NCBI GenBank assembly: GCA_039926825.1
Contig: JBDSWG010000145.1
Location: 1 to 56,787, forward strand
Length of the DNA stretch: 56,787 nucleotides
Origin: Ferruginibacter sp.
GTDB taxonomy: Bacteria > Bacteroidota > Bacteroidia > Chitinophagales > Chitinophagaceae
Direction: 5' to 3'
In this document: positions 9,336-20,007 of the stretch, piece by piece
How positions within the stretch are numbered: the first letter of the stretch is position 1
Layout of the letters: every line of letters starts with the position of its first letter
Notes under the pieces: generated by a model
What the model was told of the DNA's origin: nothing
What the model saw: only the letters and a program-made list of their open reading frames with translations
Databases searched by the model: none
Translations under genes and position numbers: made by a program

Positions 9336-9980
9336 ATGTCTAAACTCTTTGCCATAGCCTTTCTGGCTTTTTCTTTTACTGCTTGTAATTCTGAAAAAAA
9401 CACTTCTGAAACTATAGAGAGACAAGATGCAGCTGCAGGAAGCGGGGCTACTTATAGCGTTGACAGCAGTTCTACAATTACCTGGGTAGGCAGCAAACCC
9501 ACTGGCAGGCATACAGGAATTTTTCAAATTTCTGAAGGCTTATTGATGGTAGCTGACGGGAAAATTACCAGCGGCAAATTTGTTATAGACATGGCCAGCC
9601 TGGCAAATAAAGACCTGGCGGCTGACCCAAAAAACCAGGGTATGCTGGAAGGGCATTTGAAAAGCCCGGATTTCTTTGATGTAACGAAATATCCCACGTC
9701 AGGTTTTGAAATTACCAGTATTTCCCCTGTAGACAGTGCCAATGCAGGTAATGGCAATACGCACATGCTAAGTGGCAACCTTACCCTGAAAGACAGTACA
9801 AAAAATGTAACCTTTCCGGCTAAAGTTACGGTGGATGACAAAAGCGTTGCAGCTTCTGCTACTTTCCCCATAGACAGAACAAACTGGGGCCTAAATTATA
9901 AAGGGCCCAATAATCCCCAGGATTGGGTTATAAGTAAAACCGTAAACATTAGCCTGGACCTGAGAGCTACAAAAAAATAA
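9336..9980 (+). CDS. YceI family (lipid/polyisoprenoid-binding) lipoprotein
   Basis: Lipobox FTAC, then WVGSKPTGRHTG, HLKSPDFFDVTKYP, GNLTLK, IDRTNWG. ATG at 9336. Confidence 0.92.
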   Translation: MSKLFAIAFLAFSFTACNSEKNTSETIERQDAAAGSGATYSVDSSSTITWVGSKPTGRHTGIFQISEGLLMVADGKITSGKFVIDMASLANKDLAADPKNQGMLEGHLKSPDFFDVTKYPTSGFEITSISPVDSANAGNGNTHMLSGNLTLKDSTKNVTFPAKVTVDDKSVAASATFPIDRTNWGLNYKGPNNPQDWVISKTVNISLDLRATKK

Positions 9981-9999
9981 TTTACCATCACATAAGACT

Positions 10000-10030
10000 G
10001 CCACCTGTTTTTACACGGGTGGCTTTTTTT
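10000..10030 (+). terminator. Rho-independent terminator after the yceI-like gene
   Basis: GCCACCTGT-ttttac-ACGGGTGGC hairpin followed by a T7 tract. Confidence 0.85.
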
Positions 10031-10092
10031 ATATACCTTAGTCAGCGGCCGTAGCTGCCGGATTGCTTTCGCTCATTAACCAACACTAAAAT

Positions 10093-11871
10093 ATGGTTCA
10101 CCGCATTTTTGATTTTCTGTATTACCAGCATGAACATTTCCCACGGACTGATATGCTATCCGGCCGGGAGCACGGAAAGTGGCATCGTATGTCTACAGAT
10201 GACGTAATAAAAAAAGTAAACCAGTTAAGTGCTGCCTTACATATGTTAGGCTTAGGCGGTAAAGATATGCAGGTAGAAAACCAGGATAAAGTTGCCTTAA
10301 TATGCCGCAACCGGCCGGAGTGGCTCATCCTGGACCTGGCCTGCCAGCAAATAGGCGTTATTCTCTGCCCGGTATATCCTACCACTAATCCTAAAGAACT
10401 GGTCTATATTTTTAATGATTCCGAAGTTAAATACGCCTTCCTGGGAGGAGAAGAAATAGCAGAAAAAGTAAATGCAATTAAAGATGAAGTACCTACTCTT
10501 AAAGATGTTTTTTCATTTGATGTGTTGCCCGGCTGCCGTTATTGGAAAGATATACTGGATGAAGTTTCGGAGGAACACCTGGAGGCCGTGAATGAAATCC
10601 GAAACGGGATTTTACCGCATCATTGTGCCACCATTATTTATACCTCTGGCACCACTGGCTCGCCAAAGGGCGTGATGCTGAGCCATGCAAATATTGTGAG
10701 TAATGTATTGCATTCAAAAACCTCCTTCCCCTTTGATGATAATGTAACCGCAAGGGCCTTAAGCTTCCTGCCGCTGAATCACATATTTGAAAGAATGGTT
10801 TCTTTCATTTATATCTATAGCGGCATATCTATTTACTATGCGGATAGTTTAGAAAGTATTGGAGAAGATTTGAAAGAAGTGAAACCCAATCTTTTCTGCA
10901 CGGTACCCCGCCTGCTGGAAAAAGTGTATGAGAAAATTATGGCCAAGGGGAGCGAATTATCGGGAGCAAAGAGAAAGCTTTTTGACTGGGCAGTGAGCTT
11001 AGGAAATGAATATGATACAAAAAGAAAATCGGCGGTGTATAATATGCAGCTGGCCCTGGCCAATAAACTTATTTTCTCTAAATGGCGGGAGGGATTAGGC
11101 GGTAATGTTGAATGCATCATCACGGGTGGTGCAGCTTGCCAGGTAAGGCTATTGAGGATTTTTAATGCCGCACGCATTCCTATTTATGAAGGTTACGGTC
11201 CTACAGAAAACAGCCCCGTCATCAGTGTGAATTGCCGGGGAAAAGGACGGTCAAAGTTTGGAACCGTTGGCCTTGTCATAGAAGGGCAGGAAGTAAAACT
11301 GGAAGCCGATGGAGAAATATGTGTGAAAGGCCCCAGTGTAATGATGGGCTATTATAAGCAACCCGGGTTAACCAGCGAAACCATCATTGATGGCTGGCTG
11401 CATACAGGCGATATAGGCGTCTTTGAAGAAAATAAGTTTTTGAAAATTACGGATCGTAAGAAAGAACTTTTTAAAACCAGCGGTGGCAAATACGTAGCGC
11501 CCCAACCGATAGAAAATAAAATGAAAGAGTCTCCTTTTGTAGAGCAGATGATGATTGTGGGGGCCGAACAAAAATTCGTTGGAGCCCTCATAGTGCCCTC
11601 AGTTATAAACCTGAAAGAATGGATGGCGCATAAAAATATTGCCTTTACAACCCTGGAAGATGCGCTGCACACACCATCTGTGTTACAATTGTATAAAGAA
11701 ATCATTGAGTCTTTTAATCATTCATTTAACCATGTAGAACAAGTGAAAAAATTTGAGCTTATACCCCGGGAATGGACGATTGAAACAGGTGAACTGACAC
11801 CCACGTTAAAGCTTAAACGAAAAGTAATTATGGAAAAATACCAAGCCGTCATCCGGCGTATATACCAATAA
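10093..11871 (+). CDS. Long-chain fatty acid--CoA ligase (AMP-dependent synthetase)
   Basis: IIYTSGTTGSPKGVMLSH, YEGYGPTE, GWLHTGDIG, ITDRKKELFKTSGGKYVAP, ELTPTLKLKR. Confidence 0.93.
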   Translation: MVHRIFDFLYYQHEHFPRTDMLSGREHGKWHRMSTDDVIKKVNQLSAALHMLGLGGKDMQVENQDKVALICRNRPEWLILDLACQQIGVILCPVYPTTNPKELVYIFNDSEVKYAFLGGEEIAEKVNAIKDEVPTLKDVFSFDVLPGCRYWKDILDEVSEEHLEAVNEIRNGILPHHCATIIYTSGTTGSPKGVMLSHANIVSNVLHSKTSFPFDDNVTARALSFLPLNHIFERMVSFIYIYSGISIYYADSLESIGEDLKEVKPNLFCTVPRLLEKVYEKIMAKGSELSGAKRKLFDWAVSLGNEYDTKRKSAVYNMQLALANKLIFSKWREGLGGNVECIITGGAACQVRLLRIFNAARIPIYEGYGPTENSPVISVNCRGKGRSKFGTVGLVIEGQEVKLEADGEICVKGPSVMMGYYKQPGLTSETIIDGWLHTGDIGVFEENKFLKITDRKKELFKTSGGKYVAPQPIENKMKESPFVEQMMIVGAEQKFVGALIVPSVINLKEWMAHKNIAFTTLEDALHTPSVLQLYKEIIESFNHSFNHVEQVKKFELIPREWTIETGELTPTLKLKRKVIMEKYQAVIRRIYQ

Positions 11872-11897
11872 AAAAACCGGCTCGCCAGCCGGTTTAA
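11870..11897. terminator. Intrinsic terminator between convergent genes (U-tract stronger on the minus strand)
   Basis: A7 tract, then AAACCGGCT-cgcc-AGCCGGTTT hairpin. Confidence 0.75.
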
Positions 11898-11984
11898 AAA
11901 ATGAAAGAAAGGCAAGTCTAAACTCATATGGCTTTAGGCCAGGAAATTGTGTTTGGATGATGGTTAGTCATAGTTATAATGCCT

Positions 11985-12359
11985 TTAATTCAAGTATGTT
12001 TTTAGTATTGAAGGAATTTTTTCAAACTCCGAAGATTTATCTATAAAATGATCGCAACCTTCCCGGGTACAAATGTCCTGGTATGATTTGCTTACCTGGT
12101 TTGTCAGTATCACATTTTTTATGAAGGGGTAATTAAGCTTTACAAACTTCAACAACTCTATGCCGCTGGTTTCAGGCAATTGAATATCCATTAAAATAAG
12201 ATGTGGTTTTTCAACTGATAAATAGTGGAGTGCCTGGTTATAGCTGCCGGCATGGTTTACTTTATTTACATAGGGTAACTCGCTCAACATTTCGTTGAGG
12301 CGGGTTACGATGAAGCTGGCATCATCTACTATCAATATGTCAAGGCCGGCAGTTTTCAT
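11985..12359 (-). CDS. Stand-alone response regulator receiver protein
   Basis: ILIVDD, LILMDIQLP (phospho-Asp), VILT, FIDKS. No output domain. Confidence 0.9.
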   Translation of the reverse strand: MKTAGLDILIVDDASFIVTRLNEMLSELPYVNKVNHAGSYNQALHYLSVEKPHLILMDIQLPETSGIELLKFVKLNYPFIKNVILTNQVSKSYQDICTREGCDHFIDKSSEFEKIPSILKTYLN

Positions 12360-12457
12360 TCCAGATTTAAAGTAAACATAGACCTATTAAAAAACTAATC
12401 TTGTAAAGCCTGCCTTAAAGAATTTGTAGAATATGTACTACTATCCACATGCTGTAA

Positions 12458-13087
12458 CTAAAGAAGTTTATGCTCAATAGCATAAAGCGTGAGATCCGCA
12501 TTTGTCTTCATGTTCATTTTTGCCATTATGCGGGCGCGGTAAGTGCTTACTGTTGTTACACTCAGGAACATGGATTCAGCAATATCCGATACGGATTTGC
12601 CGGAGGCGAGTAATTTCAGGACGCTGAATTCCCGATCAGATAAATGTTCATGCAGGAGTTTATTATTATCGCCATCTAATACTGAAGCCAATTTTTCAGC
12701 AATGGAAGCGGTTATATATTTTTTGCCCATCATTACCCTTTGTACGGCATTTACCAGTTCATCCGGTGCCAGGTCTTTGCTAAGATAGCCCGCAGCACCG
12801 GCTTTTAATACCCGCAGGGCATATTGCTCTTCCGGGTGAATACTCAATATTAAAACGGGGAGGCGGGGTTGAATGTGGCGAATTTGTTGAAGGGCTTCCA
12901 AGCCACTACGCCCTGGCATACTGAGGTCACTTATTATAACATCCCATGTTTCCTGCATAACCTTCTTAATCATTTCTTCTGCATCTCCTACTTCAGTAAT
13001 TTCAGCCGCCGGAAACCCTTCCATAAGAATTTGCCGCAGCCCCCTGCGTACAATTGTATGATCATCTGCTATAAGAAAGCGTACCAT
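12458..13087 (-). CDS. NarL/LuxR-family response regulator transcription factor
   Basis: FLIADDH, ISDLSMPG, GAAGYLSK, HLSDREFSV...LSVTTVSTYRARIMAKM. Likely start MVRFL at 13087. Confidence 0.93.
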   Translation of the reverse strand: MVRFLIADDHTIVRRGLRQILMEGFPAAEITEVGDAEEMIKKVMQETWDVIISDLSMPGRSGLEALQQIRHIQPRLPVLILSIHPEEQYALRVLKAGAAGYLSKDLAPDELVNAVQRVMMGKKYITASIAEKLASVLDGDNNKLLHEHLSDREFSVLKLLASGKSVSDIAESMFLSVTTVSTYRARIMAKMNMKTNADLTLYAIEHKLL

Positions 13088-13100
13088 AATGAACAAAAAT

Positions 13101-16100
13101 CTATAACGATAAAGGTACAACTATTATCACGTGGGTGCCTTTACCAGGTTTGCCGGAAACTTCAAAACTGCCTCCTAATATACTGGCCCTTTCCCGCATA
13201 CCTAACAATCCCAGGGTTTTTTTATGCTCTATTTCTTCTGCATTAAATCCTTTTCCATTATCGCTGATATTTAATATGAGAACATTGTTCCGGACATTCA
13301 GGGTGCTTTTCACTTTACTTGCCCCGGAGTGGCGCAAAACATTGGTGAGGCTTTCCTGGTACATCCTGAAAACCTGTGTGGCCACGGGTGCTGCAATTTC
13401 TATGTTGGAATCATTGTAGGTAAAATCAACTTTAATCTCTGACCTTTTTTGAAATTCTTCACTTTGCCAATCCATGGCTGCAACAAGCCCGAGATCATCA
13501 AGAATACTGGGCCGCAATTCCGTGGCTATTTTCCTCACTGAATTTACTGTATTATCAATTAAGCCAAGTGTTTCATCTATCTTTTGTTGAATGATGGGAT
13601 CTGTAGAATTGATACGCCTTTTGAGCCAGGATATATCCATTTTTAAACCGGTGAGCTGCTGTCCCAGTTCATCATGTATTTCCCGGGCAATATTGGTTCT
13701 CTCTGCTTCTCTCACAGTTTCCATGTGTGACGCCAGTTGCCGGAAATCTTCATTCGACTTTTTAAGTTTTTCTTCTGCTACCAGTTTTTCTGTTACATCA
13801 TTTGCCAGGATTAATTTCGCATGCAAGCCTTCATAAACTATATCGTGACTAATAATATTTACATTCATAACCTTCCCGTTCTTTTTAGTATGTTGCCAGA
13901 CACCGGCATGCTGAATGCCGGACTTAAATTTGTTTATCTGGTTATTAAAAAGAGTTTTAGCTTCTTTAGGTCGAATATCCGTAATCGTCATGGTTAAAAA
14001 TTCTTCGCGGCTATAGCCATACAATTCTACAGCCGCAGGGTTCACATCCAGGAACTTTCTTTCGGGTAGAGAAATCATCCACATGGGCATAGGGTTCTGG
14101 TTAAAAAGCAACCGGTATTTATTTTCAGATTGCTTAAGTGCTTCAGCGGCTTTTATACGACTGCTTACATCGCGGATAATACCCTGGAAACGGCCATCGC
14201 CAAGCAGTTTTGCACTCACTTCGATATTTACAATCTCCCCATTTTTATTTGTTATTTCTGCTTCTGTAAGAATTGTTTTCCCGCCCAGGAGTTCGTCCTG
14301 TGCAATAAGAACTTTATCCATGTGTTGCCTTCCAAGCAAATCCCTGATGTGCATTTTCATTAATTCTGAACGTTTAAAACCCGTTATTTTGCCCGCACTT
14401 TTGTTTACTTCAGTGAATTTACCGGAATGATCAGATATGAGAATACCATCTGAAGCCTGCTCTATCAACATGCGAAATTTTTCTTCACTTTGTTTTATTT
14501 TTTCCTGCGCCAATTTTTTATCGGTTATATCTATACCTACACCCATAAGGCAGTCTTCGCCTTCATATTGAATGATTTTACCGGTTAAATAATAAGGAAC
14601 GGCGATGCTGTTTTTGCCCAGGAAGTCTGCTTCCACATTTCCTTCACCATCTCTAAATACATTTTCAATTTTAGGAAATAGCTTAGCCGCTTCTGCTTCA
14701 GAAAAAAAATGCATCGGGTTTATTTCTTTAATCTCATCTGTTGAAAACCCGGATACCATTTCGAGATTTTTATTCCAGCGATATAATTTACCCTCGCGGC
14801 TAAAAATGTAGAATATTCCCGGCAAACTATTAATCACATCATCAGATAATTTTTTTTCTGCCAGGATCTGGTTTTCATAATTCTTTTGCGCCGTTATATT
14901 CTGCAATGCACCAAGCATGCGGTACCCGCGGCCATCATTGTTGTAAACAATGTAAGCGCTGTTGCTCATTATATGTTCATCGCCCTCATTTAATATCATA
15001 CGAAAAGACACTTGAACAAAAGTCAATTTAGATTTGAGCGCATTTATCAGCGTTGATTTCAGTGGCTCCTGGTCATCCGGATGTACCTGGGCCAGGAAAT
15101 CTTCTAATACAATTGGTGAATCTTTAAGCAGGCCGAAGACCTGTAAAAAAGTATCATTGCCCCACACCACATTTTTTTCCATATCCCAATCCCAGATTGC
15201 ATCATTGGTAGCACGGGCCACCAGGTAAAACCTTTCATTACTTTTTATAAGTTCCCGCGTAATGATTTCCATTTGCTTTTCTGCATGCTTTCTTTGAGTA
15301 ATATTTACCAGGCTGCCGATAATTGCCGGTTCCCCGTTGACTTGTGTAGGTGTACCATAAATTTCCAGGTATACATCGTTGCTATCCAAATGCGTTCCCA
15401 CCAGTTCATAGTAATTAAGGCTTTTGCCCGGTTGTATAATGCGTTCTACCTGGTTACTGAGAGGCACACCATCCTCAACAAACGAAAGGTTAAGCCTGGA
15501 AATATAATCCAGCGATTGTTGTACTTCATATCCAAACATTCTATTGAAAGCAGGATTTACATAAACAAACCTGTTATGCTGGAAAATAAATACACCTACC
15601 AAAGATTCTTCAACAAGATTCCGGAACTTTTCTTCCGCCTCCTGTAATTCATACTCAATTTTTTTACGTTTGGTAATATCCTGAACAAGAGAGAGTATCC
15701 CGGAGTTGTTACCATGTTCATCCTTTAATACCGAATTATACCACTCGCAATAAATTATTTTACCATCTTTACGAATATTCCTGTTTACTAATATGCTACT
15801 GGTGGAACTTTCTTTCCCCAGGTGGGACTGTTCTTTTTCAACTGCCCGCCTGTCATCAGGGTGCACAATATCGTAGGTTGAAAATTCCTGATTTAATACT
15901 TCATCGGTGTTCCAGCCAAAAACATTTATTGCATTATTACTCCATTGAACAATTTTGAAATCAGTATCAAATTCCACTACGGCCAGTGGTGTATTATTGA
16001 TATGGCTGAAAAGTTTATCATGAGCTTTCCCCACTTCAATTTCTGCAAGTTTTTTTTCTGTTATATCATGGTAATAAACTGAAATTCCATTGGAAGATGG

Positions 16101-17438
16101 ATATATTAAATCCTCGAACCATTTGCCAGAAGAGGAATAAGGCAATGTAATCTTTAAGGCTTCCTGGGTTTCCTTTGCAGTATGCAGCGCCTGGTAAAAG
16201 GGTTCATTCACAACATCCGGGAATAAATCCCAGATAACTTTCCCCAATAGTTCTTTGGGTTGCATATGGTGCATTTCTGCAGCTTTACTGTTTACATATG
16301 TATACCGCCAGTCATTGTCCAGTGCTATAAATGCATCCGTTATGCGTTCAAAAACATCGCTCAATTCCGCAGTTTTTTCTTTCACTTCATCTTCCAGTTC
16401 TGTTGTAAGCCGCACAAGCCGGGCTTCAGTAATTTTCCTGTCTGATATATTTCGGATAACCGCTACCGTGCCCACCATTTGCCCGTCATCATCCTTTATC
16501 ATTGAAGAATTTACTTCTACATGCAGGGGTATACCGTCTTTGGTATGGTGAATGGCTTCACCATGCCAGTATTCATTCCTGCGATAACTCTCCATGATAG
16601 CAGGCATTTCTGCTTCTCCTACTTTTATATTGAGCAATTCCCCAATGGCCTTACCAACAACTTCATTTTCTTGAAAGCCATATAATTTTTCAGCATACTT
16701 ATTCCAGTTTGTAATGAGATTTTCCTTGTCTGTAGTGATTATAGGGTCCGAAATATTCCGGATGAGAGAGGCGTTAAAAATTAGTTTTTTCTCGGCACGT
16801 TTTCTTTTATCATTATCATTTTTGAAAATAAAATAATTTATAACCATTAGAAAAATAAAAAATATCACTAAAAAAACAAGGAAGAGAAATGCGAGGTTAT
16901 TACTTTCCAGGTGTTTTTTATTTTCCTTTTGAAGAACATTTTCAGTTTTCACCTGCAAGCGCTGCAAATGCGATAATAATAAGATTGAAATTGCATCTCT
17001 TCTTTCATAATACCTGTTATGCAATACTGAATCGCGGCCAAATACTTTACGCAGATTTTTTATTATGTCATCTTCATTTTGCTTCACCGAAGCCAGGTCT
17101 TTAATTACAGCCTCGTCTCTTTCCAAAAGAGGAAGACTTAAGGATAACGGGGGACTTTTTAAAGTTGCATTTATGTAGGCTGCATACCAGTTACCCAGTT
17201 TATGATAATCATCTTCCCCCCCGGAGGAAATGTACTTTTTTAGAATTTCATCCTGCTTATTAATATTTGTTTCCAATTTTTCCAGCCGGAAAATGAGTGC
17301 CAGGGCATTTTCAACTGCCAAAGATGCCCCATCTGATTTACGGATATAATACCCCGTGAAAGCTATTAAAACCAATAAAATAGCCAATGCAATTGCTGAG
17401 ATAAAACGAATATTAATCTGCCTGAATAATTTCTTCAT
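13101..17438 (-). CDS. Membrane sensor histidine kinase: 2 TM, periplasmic helical (CHASE3-like) domain, about 8 PAS domains, HisKA_3/HATPase
   Basis: Two hydrophobic segments and eight PAS-like repeats ending in (D/N)(I/V)(T/S). Kinase motifs ERTNIAREIHDELGQQLT, QESLTNVLRHS, DNGKGF, GLLGMRERA. Confidence 0.92.
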   Translation of the reverse strand: MKKLFRQINIRFISAIALAILLVLIAFTGYYIRKSDGASLAVENALALIFRLEKLETNINKQDEILKKYISSGGEDDYHKLGNWYAAYINATLKSPPLSLSLPLLERDEAVIKDLASVKQNEDDIIKNLRKVFGRDSVLHNRYYERRDAISILLLSHLQRLQVKTENVLQKENKKHLESNNLAFLFLVFLVIFFIFLMVINYFIFKNDNDKRKRAEKKLIFNASLIRNISDPIITTDKENLITNWNKYAEKLYGFQENEVVGKAIGELLNIKVGEAEMPAIMESYRRNEYWHGEAIHHTKDGIPLHVEVNSSMIKDDDGQMVGTVAVIRNISDRKITEARLVRLTTELEDEVKEKTAELSDVFERITDAFIALDNDWRYTYVNSKAAEMHHMQPKELLGKVIWDLFPDVVNEPFYQALHTAKETQEALKITLPYSSSGKWFEDLIYPSSNGISVYYHDITEKKLAEIEVGKAHDKLFSHINNTPLAVVEFDTDFKIVQWSNNAINVFGWNTDEVLNQEFSTYDIVHPDDRRAVEKEQSHLGKESSTSSILVNRNIRKDGKIIYCEWYNSVLKDEHGNNSGILSLVQDITKRKKIEYELQEAEEKFRNLVEESLVGVFIFQHNRFVYVNPAFNRMFGYEVQQSLDYISRLNLSFVEDGVPLSNQVERIIQPGKSLNYYELVGTHLDSNDVYLEIYGTPTQVNGEPAIIGSLVNITQRKHAEKQMEIITRELIKSNERFYLVARATNDAIWDWDMEKNVVWGNDTFLQVFGLLKDSPIVLEDFLAQVHPDDQEPLKSTLINALKSKLTFVQVSFRMILNEGDEHIMSNSAYIVYNNDGRGYRMLGALQNITAQKNYENQILAEKKLSDDVINSLPGIFYIFSREGKLYRWNKNLEMVSGFSTDEIKEINPMHFFSEAEAAKLFPKIENVFRDGEGNVEADFLGKNSIAVPYYLTGKIIQYEGEDCLMGVGIDITDKKLAQEKIKQSEEKFRMLIEQASDGILISDHSGKFTEVNKSAGKITGFKRSELMKMHIRDLLGRQHMDKVLIAQDELLGGKTILTEAEITNKNGEIVNIEVSAKLLGDGRFQGIIRDVSSRIKAAEALKQSENKYRLLFNQNPMPMWMISLPERKFLDVNPAAVELYGYSREEFLTMTITDIRPKEAKTLFNNQINKFKSGIQHAGVWQHTKKNGKVMNVNIISHDIVYEGLHAKLILANDVTEKLVAEEKLKKSNEDFRQLASHMETVREAERTNIAREIHDELGQQLTGLKMDISWLKRRINSTDPIIQQKIDETLGLIDNTVNSVRKIATELRPSILDDLGLVAAMDWQSEEFQKRSEIKVDFTYNDSNIEIAAPVATQVFRMYQESLTNVLRHSGASKVKSTLNVRNNVLILNISDNGKGFNAEEIEHKKTLGLLGMRERASILGGSFEVSGKPGKGTHVIIVVPLSL

Positions 17439-17567
17439 AAATTGTAATGAAACGGTAGAAAAATTACGACAAAAATATCAGCCATATAAATATGATTGTA
17501 TTGTTATGTAATTTGATTTCTTTTGTAATAAACCTCCCCGAAGATAATACTGTAACAATCCCACATT

Positions 17568-19379
17568 ATGGAAGTAAAAATTTACAGTTATATTGAACCT
17601 GAAGAAGTTTCCCTTTTGTTTTCAAAAGCCGTGGAATGTATTGGAGAAAAATGGCCCGTCGAACCGGTCTCTTCTCTGGCTATCACTGCGCACCGGGATG
17701 ATGTTTCCCATATTATCTTTTATTACCTGCCAAATACTTCGGATAAATACCTGCAGGAACTAAAACAAAAGCCTAAACATATTCCCCTTGTTATACTAAC
17801 AGATGATACAAAAAACCTCCTGGACATCAAACACAAAGGTTATAAAGATATTATCCCGGTAAAGGGATTATCCCCGGAAGTATTGTCAGTATACATAGAG
17901 TGCTGTGTGCGCCGTTTCATTGCGGAAACTTCTCTTAATTTAAATGATTACCGGCATAAGTTAGTTACTAAAGCAATCAACAATATTATTTGGGACTGGC
18001 AACTCAATAAAAAATCTGCTGTCTGGCTGGGTACTGGTCTGCAAACCATTTTAGGATATTCTCAAGATGAAATACTAGTGAACAATAATTTCTGGGAAGA
18101 ACAAATTCATCCTGAAGACAGGGAAAGGGTGACCCAAAAATTAAATAAAATTATTGACGAGGGAAAAGAAACATCCTGGCAGGATGAATATAGATTTTTA
18201 ACACGGGGCGGAGAATACCGGTGTATAAGGGATAAGGGCATCATGCTTTATGAAGGAAATAAACTTACCCGTATGGTGGGCTCTATGGAAGATATTACAG
18301 ACATAGTAAACGCACAGGAGGCCACGTTAAAGTCAGAGATAAATTATAAAATGCTTTTCAATTTTATTCCACTGGCTTCCTTCATCTGGGATATTAATGA
18401 TTATCAAATACTGGAGGTGAATGAAATGGCGATGAAAGAATATGGATACACAAGGGAAGAATTTTTGAATATGACGGTCCTCCAGCTTAGGCCGGATAAT
18501 TTTATAAAAGAATTTAAAAGTATCGTAGACGGGCTTAATCGAAATAACATTCTGAAACATGAGCAGGTGTGGGTGCATATAAATAAGCAAAAGCAGGAAA
18601 TGCTTATGCAGGTTAGTTCCTATAAAATATTATTTCAGGGGAATTATGTTATGCTGGCATTAGCACAGAATATAACTGATAAAATGATTTTGCAGGCGCA
18701 ACTGGAACAGGAAAATAGCCTGAAACAACAGCAGATAGCAGAAGCTGTAGTGATTACACAGGAAAAAGAACGCACGCGAATTGCCCGGGAGTTACATGAT
18801 AATGTAAACCAGTTATTAGGTGCCTCCCGCCTCTATATTGAAGCTGCTAAAAAGGAAGCCGTAAATGCAGATGAACTGCTATCGCAAGCTTCAGGCTATA
18901 TCATGAATGCCATAGAAGAAATCCGCGTGCTTTCCCGTACACTTAATACGCCCCTTATAAAAGAAATGGGATTAAAAGAAACCGTTGAAAATTTATGTTC
19001 GGATCTTTCGCTGGTAAATGAAGCTATCCTGGAATTAAAACTGGATAAATTTGATGAAGATGGTTATGATGAAAATCTTAAAATTACCATTTACCGAATT
19101 ATACAGGAGCAACTCACAAATATTTTTAAATATGCTGAAGCAACGCATATTTTTATTGAAATAGAAAATTCAATTACTGGTATTTCCCTGCTCATTACAG
19201 ATGATGGTATTGGCTTTAATACCCGGTTGCACACAAATGGAATAGGCATAAAGAATATCTATAGCCGTTCCGCATTATATAAAGGAGATGTTACGATAGA
19301 GTCCGCACCAGGCAAGGGTTGCAGGCTGAGTATATTTTTCCCGGAGCCGGCAAGATATGCAGAACCTGCTAAGCTGTAG
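17568..19379 (+). CDS. Soluble sensor histidine kinase: degenerate receiver-like N-terminus, 2 PAS, HisKA_3/HATPase
   Basis: ERTRIARELHDNVNQLL, QEQLTNIFKYA, DDGIGF, GIGIKNI. PAS with IHPEDRERV. Confidence 0.88.
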   Translation: MEVKIYSYIEPEEVSLLFSKAVECIGEKWPVEPVSSLAITAHRDDVSHIIFYYLPNTSDKYLQELKQKPKHIPLVILTDDTKNLLDIKHKGYKDIIPVKGLSPEVLSVYIECCVRRFIAETSLNLNDYRHKLVTKAINNIIWDWQLNKKSAVWLGTGLQTILGYSQDEILVNNNFWEEQIHPEDRERVTQKLNKIIDEGKETSWQDEYRFLTRGGEYRCIRDKGIMLYEGNKLTRMVGSMEDITDIVNAQEATLKSEINYKMLFNFIPLASFIWDINDYQILEVNEMAMKEYGYTREEFLNMTVLQLRPDNFIKEFKSIVDGLNRNNILKHEQVWVHINKQKQEMLMQVSSYKILFQGNYVMLALAQNITDKMILQAQLEQENSLKQQQIAEAVVITQEKERTRIARELHDNVNQLLGASRLYIEAAKKEAVNADELLSQASGYIMNAIEEIRVLSRTLNTPLIKEMGLKETVENLCSDLSLVNEAILELKLDKFDEDGYDENLKITIYRIIQEQLTNIFKYAEATHIFIEIENSITGISLLITDDGIGFNTRLHTNGIGIKNIYSRSALYKGDVTIESAPGKGCRLSIFFPEPARYAEPAKL

Positions 19380-20007
19380 TAAAATTATTCATTTTAGCAA
19401 AAGCATAAAGCTCTACAACATTGCTAACTTTAAATTTTTCAAAAATCCGTGTTTTTTGAGTACTTACTGTAGAGCTGTGCAGCTTCATGGCAGTGCAGAT
19501 TTCACTAACTGTTTTTCCTTGTATGAGAAGATTAGTTATCTGTACCTGTTTGGGGGATAATAATTCCAGGGGATTTTCTACTTTTTTATCAAACATCTGG
19601 TCCGCAAGTGATTCGCTGTAAGATTTACTAATATATTTTCGGTTATTCAGTACCGTTTGTACTGCCAGTTTAATTTCATCCGCAGGTTCATCTTTTTTCA
19701 CATATCCTTTTACGCCTAGTTTATAAAACTTTTTTGCATATACATTTTCATCATTCATGCTGAACATGAGTATAGGAAGTTGCGGGCAAAGTGAAAGCAA
19801 TTTTGTAACCAGCTCAAATACATTGGTCCCCGGAATATTCACATCCAGGATGACCAGGGAAAAATTTTGCTTTTTAAACATTTCAAGCGTGGTTTTTCCA
19901 TCTTCAGCTTCATGAAAAGTACATCCGGGAAAATCTGTTTTGAGAAGTATCTTTAATCCTGTCCGGATGATCATATGATCATCTACCAGCAACACATGTT
20001 TAATCAT
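19369..20007 (-). CDS. NarL/LuxR-family response regulator transcription factor
   Basis: VLLVDDH, VILDVNIPG, GVKGYVKK, LSPKQVQI...LHSSTVSTQKTRIFEK. The 3' end overlaps the convergent kinase by 11 bp. Confidence 0.92.
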   Translation of the reverse strand: MIKHVLLVDDHMIIRTGLKILLKTDFPGCTFHEAEDGKTTLEMFKKQNFSLVILDVNIPGTNVFELVTKLLSLCPQLPILMFSMNDENVYAKKFYKLGVKGYVKKDEPADEIKLAVQTVLNNRKYISKSYSESLADQMFDKKVENPLELLSPKQVQITNLLIQGKTVSEICTAMKLHSSTVSTQKTRIFEKFKVSNVVELYAFAKMNNFTTA

